Part shown: positions 19,090-28,793 of the stretch, piece by piece | How positions within the stretch are numbered: the stretch's first letter is position 1 | Layout of the letters: the number at the start of each line of letters is the position of its first letter | Assembly (NCBI GenBank): GCA_963663865.1 | Contig: OY760686.1 | Span: forward strand, 2,496,001-2,560,000 | Direction of reading: 5' to 3' | Source: Spirochaetota bacterium | GTDB taxonomy: Bacteria; Spirochaetota; UBA4802; UBA5550 | Length of the DNA: 64,000 nucleotides | The notes under the pieces: model-generated | Database searches by the model: none | What the model was told of the DNA's origin: nothing | What the model saw: only the letters and a program-made list of their open reading frames with translations | Made by a program: the position numbers and the translations under genes

Positions 19090-20373
19090 TCACCCCTGTT
19101 GAAAAGTCTCTCTGGGCGGATTGTAATATCCGAGCCTTATTTTGGGAAATTCCGCCCTTATCATATTTAGGAGCACAGCTGTTCCCAGCGGCTCCGAATC
19201 TTCAAATCCGATACTGTCGAGGTAGTAATCAGGATCAATATTGAGATTCCGCGTTTGAATCATATTCACGGGAAATCTTCGCAGAAAAGCTAAAAGTTTC
19301 TCCGCCTCCGCAGCCGAGTCAGTAAATCCGGGAAGAAAGAAAAGGTTTAGAGATGTGAAAATACCCGCAGAAAGCGCGGTTTCGATCGTACGATAAACAT
19401 CACTCAGGGCATAATTCACGGGCGAATAGTATCTGTTGTAATAATCCGGATCAGGCGAGTTCATGCTGACTCTTATGGAATCAAGTCCGGCGTCAATCAT
19501 CATTTTGACTGCTTCAGGTATAGAACCATTGGTGTTTATATTGATTGTTCCCGAGGATGTCTCCTTCCTGACCATGGATATTGCTTCCGCGAGATCCCTT
19601 CCACGCATAAGCGGCTCGCCCTCACATCCCTGCCCGAAGCTTGCAACGGCCCGGTCGACCCTTCTAAAGTGATGTAGGATAAGGCCGGCTATCTCTTCGG
19701 GAGCAGGTTTGAAATTCAGTCTGGGCTGCGACTCCGGGAAAGGCCCTCCCTCGTTCTGGTGCGAAAGGCAGCCGAGACACCTGGCATTGCATGCGGGAGA
19801 AGTAGGCACTGGAGCCTCGTATCTGGAGAGAAAGAAGTTCCTCGCGCAGAGACAGCCGTACTCGCGGCTGCAGGTCGAAAGCTGCCTGACAAGCCGGTTT
19901 TCAGGATACATCCCGCGAACCTCATCTATAGCCAGATCAAGCTCTTCGTGGTTCTCGTGGATCGCGGGGTCAGACCTGACATCTTCGTCAATGCGCACCG
20001 CGGGAACAAGAAATTCCCCGTCCTCAGAAACCGCAACCCCCGCGTAAGCCCACATCGGCAGCGGCCTGCCCCCCGCTTCCGGGACATAGGCAGGCAGAAA
20101 GGTCCTGAGATAGGCGCTCGACAGAAAAGCTGACACCCCCCATATTTTTCTTCCGTACATATCGCGCTTTACCGGCTTAAATGAGCCCCCCTTCGCGGCC
20201 GAGACGGGGGCCCTGTCAGGAAGCGAAAACAGATAGCTCCCGTACGGAAGACTGATAAGCTCACCCCTCTCTGGCACAACAAAGCTTCTGCCTGTCCTGA
20301 AGGCGGCCTCAGCAGACTCGTGTTCATAAACAGTGCCCTTTTTATCCGAATAGAGCATCATAAGTTTATCCAT
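19090..20373 (-). CDS. Radical SAM protein of unknown function
   Basis: CNARCLGC (CxxxCxxC), SFGQGCEGEP, NTNGS; extra Cys in CSREYGCLC. Confidence 0.9.
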   Translation of the reverse strand: MDKLMMLYSDKKGTVYEHESAEAAFRTGRSFVVPERGELISLPYGSYLFSLPDRAPVSAAKGGSFKPVKRDMYGRKIWGVSAFLSSAYLRTFLPAYVPEAGGRPLPMWAYAGVAVSEDGEFLVPAVRIDEDVRSDPAIHENHEELDLAIDEVRGMYPENRLVRQLSTCSREYGCLCARNFFLSRYEAPVPTSPACNARCLGCLSHQNEGGPFPESQPRLNFKPAPEEIAGLILHHFRRVDRAVASFGQGCEGEPLMRGRDLAEAISMVRKETSSGTININTNGSIPEAVKMMIDAGLDSIRVSMNSPDPDYYNRYYSPVNYALSDVYRTIETALSAGIFTSLNLFFLPGFTDSAAEAEKLLAFLRRFPVNMIQTRNLNIDPDYYLDSIGFEDSEPLGTAVLLNMIRAEFPKIRLGYYNPPRETFQQG

Positions 20374-20377
20374 TTTA

Positions 20378-21394
20378 TCAGCAGACTCCAGTTTTTATCT
20401 TTTCAAATTCGGCGGCGCAGGCAATAAGTTCGTCAGGAAAATCGGGCCTGTTTTCCCAGGCAATGACGCGGCCGTGTTTTTTCTTCTTATCGTCCTTCAA
20501 ATCGGAAAGCGGAATTCCAGAGCAGTCTAAAAGCAATGGAACTTCGCCGCCATCGCACTCCCCGTGCGAGCCATATGGCACCACCATGAAATCAACCAGC
20601 TTACACTCGTCAGAGCTCTGACAGCCGTTCTTCCCCACGCGGACACCCCGCAGTAGGCCCGGCGGGAGAACCGTCAGCATCCCTTTCAGCGGATAATCAT
20701 CATCCCCCAGAACCACACCGGCCGAGCCTGTCATCGCGGCAAGCTCGGGACGACTTCCGAAAAGCAGACTCAGACCGCTCTTCCGCATCTCGTCTGAAGT
20801 GACGGAGGCTTCAGCAAAAGCCTCTTTACGGGGCAGTTCGGCTTTGTATAACAACGCCGGCACTCCCGCCTTCACCGCGGTTGATGCGATGAGAGATAAA
20901 CCTGATGAATCAATATCACGGGAGGTTATGCTGACGACTATTGCTTCATTCAGCTTTTGCGCCAAGCCACCGCGCACAAGGGCAAACCCGGACTCCCTTT
21001 GCAGAGAATAAATTCTGAATCTCAGCTCTTCAAAACGCGCGGAGGACAGCCCCGCCCCTGCAAAAGACGGAAGCTTTGAGAGCTCCTCAAGGCTTCTGAG
21101 AGACTCGGCCGCGCGGCTGATGTTTGCAGTAAAAAGCTCAATCAACCCGGCCCGCTTTGTCTCCGAGTCAATATCGTAAAACTTCTGACCGTCTGCAGCC
21201 ACATCCCTGGCCTCAAGAAACATAAAGCGGTTCACCGCCGATGAAGCCTCCCTGAGGTCATGTCTCATTTCCTTGAAGCTCGCCGAGAGGCGGCTTCGCG
21301 CCGCGAACCTCAGTATATCCTCGCAAACCCTGATTCCCTCCATTGCCCGGTTAAGGCAGGCATCAAAAGCCCTGTATGCCCCGCGCTCTTCCAT
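20378..21394 (-). CDS. Thiamine-phosphate synthase-like protein (N-terminal ThiD2-type helical domain + degenerate ThiE barrel)
   Basis: DACLNRAMEGIRVCED...ANISRAAESLRSLEE...RFRIY matches the long-form ThiE N-domain; C-terminal catalytic motifs eroded; start moved to 21394. Confidence 0.7.
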   Translation of the reverse strand: MEERGAYRAFDACLNRAMEGIRVCEDILRFAARSRLSASFKEMRHDLREASSAVNRFMFLEARDVAADGQKFYDIDSETKRAGLIELFTANISRAAESLRSLEELSKLPSFAGAGLSSARFEELRFRIYSLQRESGFALVRGGLAQKLNEAIVVSITSRDIDSSGLSLIASTAVKAGVPALLYKAELPRKEAFAEASVTSDEMRKSGLSLLFGSRPELAAMTGSAGVVLGDDDYPLKGMLTVLPPGLLRGVRVGKNGCQSSDECKLVDFMVVPYGSHGECDGGEVPLLLDCSGIPLSDLKDDKKKKHGRVIAWENRPDFPDELIACAAEFEKIKTGVC

Positions 21395-21396
21395 GC

Positions 21397-22119
21397 TCAA
21401 CTCCACTCGTAGACTATGACAGACAGAAGGGCCAGAGCCGCGGTTTCGGCACGAAGCTGCGTGAATCCGAAGTTGAGGACCTGCCATCCGCCATCTGCCG
21501 CTTCATTGATCTCACGTCTTGAGAATCCGCCCTCGGGGCCGACAAGAAGCGAGACCCTGCCGGCGCCAGCAGGCCGCCCGGAGAGGCCGTCCCTGAACAA
21601 TTTATCGGCTCCGGGATGTCCGATAATTCTGACATCCGATGAGTCGTGCTTTACAGCCTCCTCAAAAGACACAGGCGCGGCGACCTCGGGGATGTTAAGC
21701 CTTCCTGACTGCTTGGCCGCCTCGTGTGCTATGCGGTTCCACCGCGTCAGCCTGTTTGTCAGGCTGCCGTCCGGTGAAGGGACCGTCCTCTCGGTGATTA
21801 TCGGAACAACTCGTGATACGCCGATCTCAACAGACTTCTGTATAGCCAGCTCAAAGTTTTTCGACTTCAGCAGGGCCATGTACAGCACTATCTCAAGCCC
21901 CGGGGCTTCCGCCTGCTCCGCCTCTATGAATCGAGCGCTGATGCTGATGCTTCCGACATCGACGACTTCTGCTTTCCATCTTTTCTTTTCAGTTGTCACC
22001 ACGCTGATTACGTCTCCACTCCTCACTCTGCGAACCCTCGCAAGATGCCGAAAATCATCACCAGAGATAGAAAAGAGAGCGCCCGGGCTCCCTCCTTCGT
22101 TTATCATAAAAACAGGCAT
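21397..22119 (-). CDS. rsmE: 16S rRNA m3U1498 methyltransferase
   Basis: HLARVRR, QKSVEIGV, EAAKQSGR, VGPEGGFS, LRAETAA. Confidence 0.95.
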   Translation of the reverse strand: MPVFMINEGGSPGALFSISGDDFRHLARVRRVRSGDVISVVTTEKKRWKAEVVDVGSISISARFIEAEQAEAPGLEIVLYMALLKSKNFELAIQKSVEIGVSRVVPIITERTVPSPDGSLTNRLTRWNRIAHEAAKQSGRLNIPEVAAPVSFEEAVKHDSSDVRIIGHPGADKLFRDGLSGRPAGAGRVSLLVGPEGGFSRREINEAADGGWQVLNFGFTQLRAETAALALLSVIVYEWS

Positions 22120-22898
22120 CAGTCACCAAGCCTCTCCGGCCTGAAGATTTCGCTTTTAAAGCTGACATCTGTATCGAAGCCGTAAAATGACATTATGGAA
22201 ACCGTTCCCCGGCGAATATTCATCATATCGTAGCGGACAGGCAGAGTCCTGCCACCCAGCTGAGCGGTTTTTGCGACCGTCATAAACTTGAATATCGCAT
22301 TATCCCGGTCGTGAAAATCAATCCTCATCGGGAAAAAATCCTCCTTGCTGACGTAAAGCGTAAGCATTCCATAAAGCCCTGACCGAAACACTGGAACAAG
22401 CTTCAACCTGTAGGCGCGCCTTCCGCCAATGGAAGCCTCTCCTTCTATGGAAGCGGTATAGTTGCTCTGAAGGTCATATCCCGATATATCTATAAAGTTA
22501 AAGTTTGTTCCGAGGACTTCATCGTACCTGTCTATCGCCATCTTATGGTATGTCATTCTGGAATGCGGAGCGTACACCCTTATGTCCTCACCTCCGAGGG
22601 TGTATAGCACCTTGAGCTGTTCCCCTCTGCCTCCGCCTGTGAATTTGAAAAGGGAATTCAGACCCGAAACACTGATTGAAAAATCAACCGATGATGAGCT
22701 TCCTTCCGGCCTTATATGACGAATCCTTCCTCTGGCCCTCCCGTCAGGATATTGCATTGTCCGGTCAACCCTGGCAAGAATTGCCTGTGCGGTCAGCTCA
22801 ATCTCCCTTGAATTTTGAGCGCGCACCTCAACCCCCTCAAAAAGCAGAACAGAAACAGAAGCAACGCACAGCAGGGATCTCAACTTTATACGTCTCAA
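22119..22898 (-). CDS. Outer-membrane lipoprotein-sorting (LolA-like) protein
   Basis: Signal peptide; GTNFNFID, YRLKLVP, RIDFHD, FRPERL C-terminus; TTG start with AGGAGG RBS. Confidence 0.8.
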   Translation of the reverse strand: MRRIKLRSLLCVASVSVLLFEGVEVRAQNSREIELTAQAILARVDRTMQYPDGRARGRIRHIRPEGSSSSVDFSISVSGLNSLFKFTGGGRGEQLKVLYTLGGEDIRVYAPHSRMTYHKMAIDRYDEVLGTNFNFIDISGYDLQSNYTASIEGEASIGGRRAYRLKLVPVFRSGLYGMLTLYVSKEDFFPMRIDFHDRDNAIFKFMTVAKTAQLGGRTLPVRYDMMNIRRGTVSIMSFYGFDTDVSFKSEIFRPERLGD

Positions 22899-23147
22899 AT
22901 TCTCCTCCTAAAACCTTTACATGGACAATTATAATTCATTTAGAGTTTTTTTCATCATCTTTTCCGGTTCTTCACACAAAAAGTTGAATATATACAAATT
23001 TATCCATCATTCGAACATTAAAATACAGGCCCGCCTTCGGACAAGCTTAAATACTGATTTTTTTAGTTTTTTTGCTCTAAATAAGTTTTTCGTTGATTTT
23101 CCAGGGGCTGTTTATAGCTTATATATGATCAGCAGATCGTACAATTA

Positions 23148-23684
23148 GTGGACAAATTTATGGGAACTTCGGAAAATCTATATCTCGCAAACAGGGAAGA
23201 GTCAGCCATTTCAGTTACGCTGATCCCTTCGGTCGTGCGCGCGAAATGGGTTGAGGCTGGCAATACGGCGGACTTTATTGCAGATTTTTACAACCAGTGT
23301 TTCAACGACAGAAAGATCAGGGACATGATATCAACCGTACTGAATGAGCTTATTGAAAATGCCGTAAAATTCTCCGGCAGCGACAGCCTTCCTGTAAACG
23401 TTGAGAGCAACGCGACCGACAGCAGCATAGTTTTCCGTGTGACTAACAGCATTAAAGCGGAATCGCTCGATTCCCTGTACACGGCCTTCAACGACCTTGA
23501 AAGCTCCGATCTGGGCAAAACCTTCACAAGCAGAATAGAGAATCTCGATATGTCCGCGAACGGAGCCGGGATTGGCCTCATCCTTCTAAAAAAATTCTAT
23601 AAAGTCAGAATTGGTCTTGTTGTGTATGAGTCGGCTGATGAGCTGATAAAAGTCACGGTTTCGGCTGAGATCCCGATCCATTAG
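23148..23684 (+). CDS. HATPase-fold anti-sigma/Ser kinase-like protein (SiaB/slr1658-like)
   Basis: STVLNELIENAVKF N-box and GAGIGL G2 box. Confidence 0.75.
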   Translation: MDKFMGTSENLYLANREESAISVTLIPSVVRAKWVEAGNTADFIADFYNQCFNDRKIRDMISTVLNELIENAVKFSGSDSLPVNVESNATDSSIVFRVTNSIKAESLDSLYTAFNDLESSDLGKTFTSRIENLDMSANGAGIGLILLKKFYKVRIGLVVYESADELIKVTVSAEIPIH

Positions 23685-23693
23685 ACACGTTAT

Positions 23694-24086
23694 TCACTCC
23701 GACGAATAATACAGGCTTCCGCCGGTTTCGAGGTCAGGCCTGAGCTTTCTCGCTTCATGCAGATAGAGTTGAACCAGTTCGCTCTGTTTTTTTTCGGTGT
23801 TTATATGCAGAAGAACCCTGATGCATTTTCTGAGGCTTCCCTTCACTGGAATCTCCCTGACACAGAAAAGAGGAGTGAATATCCATCCCATCTTTCTGGC
23901 AGCAACAGCCGGAAATTCATCATCGATGTCATCGGTAACCGAGAAGATTACTGAAGCTATATCCTCAACTTCAAAGGTATTTCTTTCGACAAGCCCCCTT
24001 AGAAGCTCCTCAGTCCTTTCAAGTATCTGGCCCTTTTCATTTTCAGTAACCGTTGTAGCGCCCCTTACTCCTCTTACTGCCATCAA
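23694..24086 (-). CDS. aroH: Chorismate mutase, AroH class
   Basis: VRGVRGATT...FPAVAAR...CIRVLL...LRPDL. Confidence 0.95.
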   Translation of the reverse strand: MMAVRGVRGATTVTENEKGQILERTEELLRGLVERNTFEVEDIASVIFSVTDDIDDEFPAVAARKMGWIFTPLFCVREIPVKGSLRKCIRVLLHINTEKKQSELVQLYLHEARKLRPDLETGGSLYYSSE

Positions 24087-25361
24087 TCAATCCTCCTGAA
24101 GTGTTATGCGCCCGCCGGCCGAATTCATCAGCTCCCTGAAGGTTGGGAAGGTGACGGCAACAGCCTCAGCAGTTGAAATCTCAACAGGCCCCTGAGCCGC
24201 CATTCCGGCAACAGCAAGCGACATGACTATCCGGTGATCATGGTGTCCATCAACCAGGCCGCCTGACAGGGTGCTTCTCTTAATAATCAGCCCGTCGGGT
24301 CTCTCGGATATATCAGCTCCAAGCTTCGCAAGCTCCCTGCACATCACCGCGATGCGGTCTGTTTCCTTGAGCCTGGCCTGGGGAACATTTACCAGCCTTG
24401 TCTCACCTTCGGCGAAGCATGCCGCCACGGACAGAGCAGGAAGAGCGTCTGGTATTGCGTTCAGATCGAACTCGCCCCCCTTCAGTTCCCCGCCCTTTAC
24501 GACGCAGGTTAGTCCGTCGACCTCAACCCGGGCGCCCATGGCACGCAGAATGTCCGCGACCTCCCTGTCTCCCTGTGAATCATTGAAGTCGAGTCCCCTG
24601 AGCATCAGCTCGCCGCCTGTCACAGCAGCGGCAACCATAAAGAATGTAGCCGAAGAGAAATCAGCAGCTATAGCCTCTTCAAACGCGCTGATCCTCTGAG
24701 AGCCCGGAATAATAAACTTTCTGTAATCGTGATTTTCATATTTAATTCCAAGTCGGTCGAGCCAGGAAAGAGTAATATCCACATAAGGCTTTTCGTTGAG
24801 CAATCCGACTTCAATTGATGAGTCACCGGTGGCAAAGGGCGAAGAAATAAGTATCGAAGAAAGATACTGACTCGTTACTGCCTCAACGCGCGCCCTGCCG
24901 CCTTTCATTTTGCCTGTAATCACAAACGGGGCCTTGCCGTTGCCTCTTGTAGATAAAGCTTCAGCTCCCAGCTCTCGAATAGCTTCAATCAGCCCGTCTG
25001 CAGGCCTGTTTCTGATCTGGTGATCTCCTGTAAAAACGGTCGTTCCATCAACAAGAGCCGCCATCGACATGCCGAAGTAGAGGCTCGTTCCCGAGTTCCC
25101 TGTATCAATCACATTATCGGGAACGGCCACTGCGCCGCCGAGTCCCCTGACAGTCCAGCAACCGTCATGCTCAATAACCTCCGCTCCAAAAGCGCGGATC
25201 ATATCCAGACAAGATCGGGTGTCGGATGAATCCAGAGGCGACTTTATCCTGGACTCGCCAGATGCAAGGGCGGCAAGAACAAGTGCCCTTATGGTGTGCG
25301 ATTTCGAGCCGGGTACTACAACAGTTCCACCGGCCTCAGAAGCATTTGAAATATATCTCAT
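24087..25361 (-). CDS. aroA: 3-phosphoshikimate 1-carboxyvinyltransferase (EPSP synthase)
   Basis: PGSKSHTIR, GNSGT, SQYLS, RLKETDRI, DHRIVM. Confidence 0.97.
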   Translation of the reverse strand: MRYISNASEAGGTVVVPGSKSHTIRALVLAALASGESRIKSPLDSSDTRSCLDMIRAFGAEVIEHDGCWTVRGLGGAVAVPDNVIDTGNSGTSLYFGMSMAALVDGTTVFTGDHQIRNRPADGLIEAIRELGAEALSTRGNGKAPFVITGKMKGGRARVEAVTSQYLSSILISSPFATGDSSIEVGLLNEKPYVDITLSWLDRLGIKYENHDYRKFIIPGSQRISAFEEAIAADFSSATFFMVAAAVTGGELMLRGLDFNDSQGDREVADILRAMGARVEVDGLTCVVKGGELKGGEFDLNAIPDALPALSVAACFAEGETRLVNVPQARLKETDRIAVMCRELAKLGADISERPDGLIIKRSTLSGGLVDGHHDHRIVMSLAVAGMAAQGPVEISTAEAVAVTFPTFRELMNSAGGRITLQED

Positions 25362-26149
25362 TTTAGTCCTTTTGCAGTATCCGGTTTAAGTCTTCTAAAA
25401 ACGCCGGCATAATATGGAACGGAAAGCTCTCCCCCGGCAAACGAGCACGATGAAGCAAGCCTATCCTTGTTTTCGCTCACGAATGCCTCTGCGGTTTTTT
25501 TAATTTCAGGCGTCAGTTCGGCGAAGAAAGCAATTTTTTCCGCGGCATTCTCCTTGAAAGACTCAACGTCATAGTTTACGAGCTTGAAGTCGTTGAGCTC
25601 AAGAATTGTCTGAAGCTCTTCGGGAAAATAGTACTCGTTATGAATCGGAAACATTGAGCGCATATACTCATCGTATATACCGTCTTCATCGTCGCCGCTG
25701 AGCAGAGGGGAAGCGGCGATCAGTATTCCGTCAAACTGAAGCACCCTTCTCATCTCATCAATTGCCTCGCCGGATTCAATGAAGCTCAGATAGTCGGTTA
25801 AGATAATCATGTCAGCCTTGTAGTAATCGACCGGTATCTTCTCGAATACACCGTTTATCCAATAGATAGAAGAATAACTTGCCCCGCTGTATTTATCAAC
25901 AAAAGCCCTTATTGTGTCAATGCAGGGCTCGACAACGACAATTTCAGCATCTGTTTCAGCTGCCAGCTTTGCCAGAAGCTCCCCTGATCCGACACCTGTT
26001 TTTACTATAACTGCCGGCCCGTAAATGCTAACATTTTCCATGACTTTTTCTTCAAGGAATGGCCTGACCTGTGCCGGCTCAAGCATCATCCCCCGCCCAA
26101 AAGAGTTACGGCTTAACTGGCATATCGTTTCAGATCTGTCCATGATCAC
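25358..26149 (-). CDS. Class I SAM-dependent methyltransferase-like protein
   Basis: TGVGSG motif I variant, VVEP, EMRRVLQFDG; overlaps the aroA start. Confidence 0.7.
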   Translation of the reverse strand: MIMDRSETICQLSRNSFGRGMMLEPAQVRPFLEEKVMENVSIYGPAVIVKTGVGSGELLAKLAAETDAEIVVVEPCIDTIRAFVDKYSGASYSSIYWINGVFEKIPVDYYKADMIILTDYLSFIESGEAIDEMRRVLQFDGILIAASPLLSGDDEDGIYDEYMRSMFPIHNEYYFPEELQTILELNDFKLVNYDVESFKENAAEKIAFFAELTPEIKKTAEAFVSENKDRLASSCSFAGGELSVPYYAGVFRRLKPDTAKGLK

Positions 26150-26443
26150 CTCGCGTTTAACTGCACTTCTTCACAGGTTTGCAGCCAGCCGGATTAAATC
26201 CGACGGCTATTCAGGTCAGGAATTTTTCGGCTTGATGTCAAGGGTTTAATAAATCGGCAGACCATTTTTTCAAGAATAATACCCGTGCCTGAGAAATATT
26301 ATTGACACCACAATGTTTCAGTTGAGAATTTCCAGAAGCGGGTATTATGTCTAATTCCAGGCTCCTATAGCACAAGTTTCCTGCACACCGATAGTTCAAT
26401 TTCCGTTATTAGGCAGAAACCGCACCAGATCAGAGGTAAAAGA

Positions 26444-27709
26444 ATGAATATATTTCAACAGGCCCAGAAGGGCATAATGAGCGATGACGTGAAAACCGCA
26501 GCTTCAGGTGAAGGACTGGACGAACAGCTCCTTTTAAAAGAGTTTGCCGCGGGGCGTGTCGCAATATTCAGAAACACTCAGAGGACAATTAAGCCGGTTG
26601 CCGTCGGCAATGGAACAACAACCAAGGTTAACGCGAACATCGGCACATCCCCTGATTTCTTCAAGCTTGAAACAGAGATGGAGAAGCTGAGAATTGCCGT
26701 CAGGTACGGCGCTGACGCGATTATGGACCTCAGCACCGGCGGCAACGTTACAGACTTCAGGCGTAAAATCATTGAAGAATCTCCGGTACCGGTAGGCACT
26801 GTGCCGCTCTACGAAGTTGCCAAGGACATGATGGACATGAAGAAGTCCATTATGGACATGACCATCAAGGACTTTCTGAACATAGTAGAGAGGCAGGCAA
26901 AGGAAGGAGTCGACTTCATGACCATTCACTCTGGCGTGACGCGCGCTTCCATTGAATCACTCCGTTCGCAGCACCGTCTCGTGGGAATTACCAGCCGGGG
27001 CGGCTCCATTATCGCCGAGTGGATAAAAAAGAACCACAGCGAGAATCCGCTTTACGAATACTACGACGACATACTGGACATTATGGCCGAATACAACGTG
27101 GCTATCAGCCTCGGTGACGGACTCAGGCCAGGAGGCATACACGATGCCAATGACCGGGGACAGATACATGAAATGGTTGAGCTCGGAAGGCTCGCCCGCC
27201 GGGCAAGGGAAAAAGGGGTGCAGGCCATTATAGAGGGTCCGGGCCACATGCCCCTTGACACAATTGAAGCTAACATGAAGATTCAGAAAACCCTGTGTGA
27301 CGGCGCCCCCTACTATGTTCTCGGCCCGCTTGTAACAGACATAGCTCCGGGTTACGACCACATTACCGGAGCAATCGGAGGAGCCATTGCTGCCGCAAGC
27401 GGCGCCGACTTCCTCTGTTACGTCACTCCGGCCGAGCATCTGAAACTCCCCTCTCCTGACGATGTCCGGGAAGGTGTAATTGCCTCAAAAATAGCGGCCC
27501 ACGCAGCCGATATTGTAAAAATGGGAAGCAGAGCCAGAAAAATTGACGATGAGATGAGTGAAGCCCGGAGAAAGAGAGACTGGGACACGATGTTCAAGCT
27601 CGCGATTGACCCCGATAAAGCTAAAAGGTACAGGGAAGACGTTCCCTCAGTGGACAACGATCAATGTTCAATGTGCGGAGAGTTCTGCGCCATGAAAAGG
27701 GACTATTAG
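26444..27709 (+). CDS. thiC: Phosphomethylpyrimidine synthase (ThiC family)
   Basis: KVNANIGTS, MDLSTGG, SRGGS, SLGDGLRPG, EGPGH, CYVTPAEHL, CSMCGEFC. Confidence 0.92.
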   Translation: MNIFQQAQKGIMSDDVKTAASGEGLDEQLLLKEFAAGRVAIFRNTQRTIKPVAVGNGTTTKVNANIGTSPDFFKLETEMEKLRIAVRYGADAIMDLSTGGNVTDFRRKIIEESPVPVGTVPLYEVAKDMMDMKKSIMDMTIKDFLNIVERQAKEGVDFMTIHSGVTRASIESLRSQHRLVGITSRGGSIIAEWIKKNHSENPLYEYYDDILDIMAEYNVAISLGDGLRPGGIHDANDRGQIHEMVELGRLARRAREKGVQAIIEGPGHMPLDTIEANMKIQKTLCDGAPYYVLGPLVTDIAPGYDHITGAIGGAIAAASGADFLCYVTPAEHLKLPSPDDVREGVIASKIAAHAADIVKMGSRARKIDDEMSEARRKRDWDTMFKLAIDPDKAKRYREDVPSVDNDQCSMCGEFCAMKRDY

Positions 27710-27718
27710 GAGGATTAG

Positions 27719-28546
27719 ATGTCCAGCGATTCACATTACTACAGTTCGTACAAGGAAGACAGAGACCTTGTTCTTGAGTACAACCAGGTCTCGCTTGAAG
27801 ACGGAGAGCCGGTAAACGTGCTGGGTGTCAACATTGACAATCTGACAAGGGAACAGGCTGTTGTCAAAGTCATACGCATGATTGAAAACGGGGGAGTAAA
27901 CCACATCGTTCCGGTAAATCCCTATAAAATCGAAAGAATGAAGACCCGTCAGGAGATGAGAAACCTGTTCTCCGGCGCGGACATGATAATTCCCAGCGGA
28001 GCTGGCGTGGTATGGGCGGCAAAGAAAATCAAAACCCCTCTGAAGCAGAGAATCCCCATACTCAGCTTTATGATGGACATTATCCGTATCGCTGAAATCA
28101 AGGGCTTTTCCATCTTCATTGTTGGCGGCAAACCGGAAACTGCCGAGATGGCCTTCTTCAACATCAGAAAATCGTTTCCGAAAATACGAATCGTAGGCAG
28201 GCACGGCGGATATTTCAGCCCTGAACGGGAAAAGGCGGTCGTGGAAGCTATGAGAAAATCGGAAGCAAATATCGTCTTCGTAGGCATGGGTTTTCCAAAA
28301 GAAAACAGATGGATTGAAAAGATAAAGGGAGAATTTCAGAATACAGTCTTCGTCGGCGTTGGCGGATGTATTGACATTATTTCAGGCGACATCAAGAAAG
28401 CGCCCGCCTGTGCGATGGCAACGGGCACAGACTGGCTTTACAGAACCGCAGTCAGGCCTTGGCGTATCGGGCGTCTTATGCGAATTTTCAAATTCTATGT
28501 TCACGCTTTCTTCAAAGGCCTGTTTACGCGAACTCACGGGAAATAG
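27719..28546 (+). CDS. WecB/TagA/CpsF-family glycosyltransferase
   Basis: VGRHGGYF, VFVGMGFPKE, GVGG, WLYR...PWRIGR. Confidence 0.9.
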   Translation: MSSDSHYYSSYKEDRDLVLEYNQVSLEDGEPVNVLGVNIDNLTREQAVVKVIRMIENGGVNHIVPVNPYKIERMKTRQEMRNLFSGADMIIPSGAGVVWAAKKIKTPLKQRIPILSFMMDIIRIAEIKGFSIFIVGGKPETAEMAFFNIRKSFPKIRIVGRHGGYFSPEREKAVVEAMRKSEANIVFVGMGFPKENRWIEKIKGEFQNTVFVGVGGCIDIISGDIKKAPACAMATGTDWLYRTAVRPWRIGRLMRIFKFYVHAFFKGLFTRTHGK

Positions 28547-28548
28547 GC

Positions 28549-28767
28549 CTATTTCTCGTACCGGTTTTTAAGCGCCCGCGTATCGCGGGCATCCATCAGC
28601 TCACCAGAGCTCACCTTACAGCGGCCAAGCGTAAAGCCGGCTACCTCTTCCGTGTATCCGCAGCTTCTACATTTAAATATCGGATTCCCAGCTTCGGTCC
28701 ATTCAGAAGCATCCACGTACCTCGAACTGCATCTCCTGCAAAATATCACCGACACGAATTCACTCAT
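28549..28767 (-). CDS. Small zinc-ribbon protein
   Basis: 72 aa with CRRC...CRSC; purine-rich RBS; directly downstream of the GAF/PP2C gene on the same strand. Confidence 0.65.
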   Translation of the reverse strand: MSEFVSVIFCRRCSSRYVDASEWTEAGNPIFKCRSCGYTEEVAGFTLGRCKVSSGELMDARDTRALKNRYEK

Positions 28768-28793
28768 ATTACTCTCTCTTTCTGGATTTACTG

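Noticed and set aside
21416-22144. 242-aa ORF antisense to rsmE
   Set aside because: Shadow ORF of a conserved GC-rich gene, Ser/Ala/Pro-rich with no motifs.
26281-26330. GTGCCTGAGA resembling the start of a TPP riboswitch before thiC
   Set aside because: The downstream conserved core (ACCTGA...TAATGC...GCG.AGG) and P1 pairing are absent, and the segment overlaps a TTGACA promoter box.
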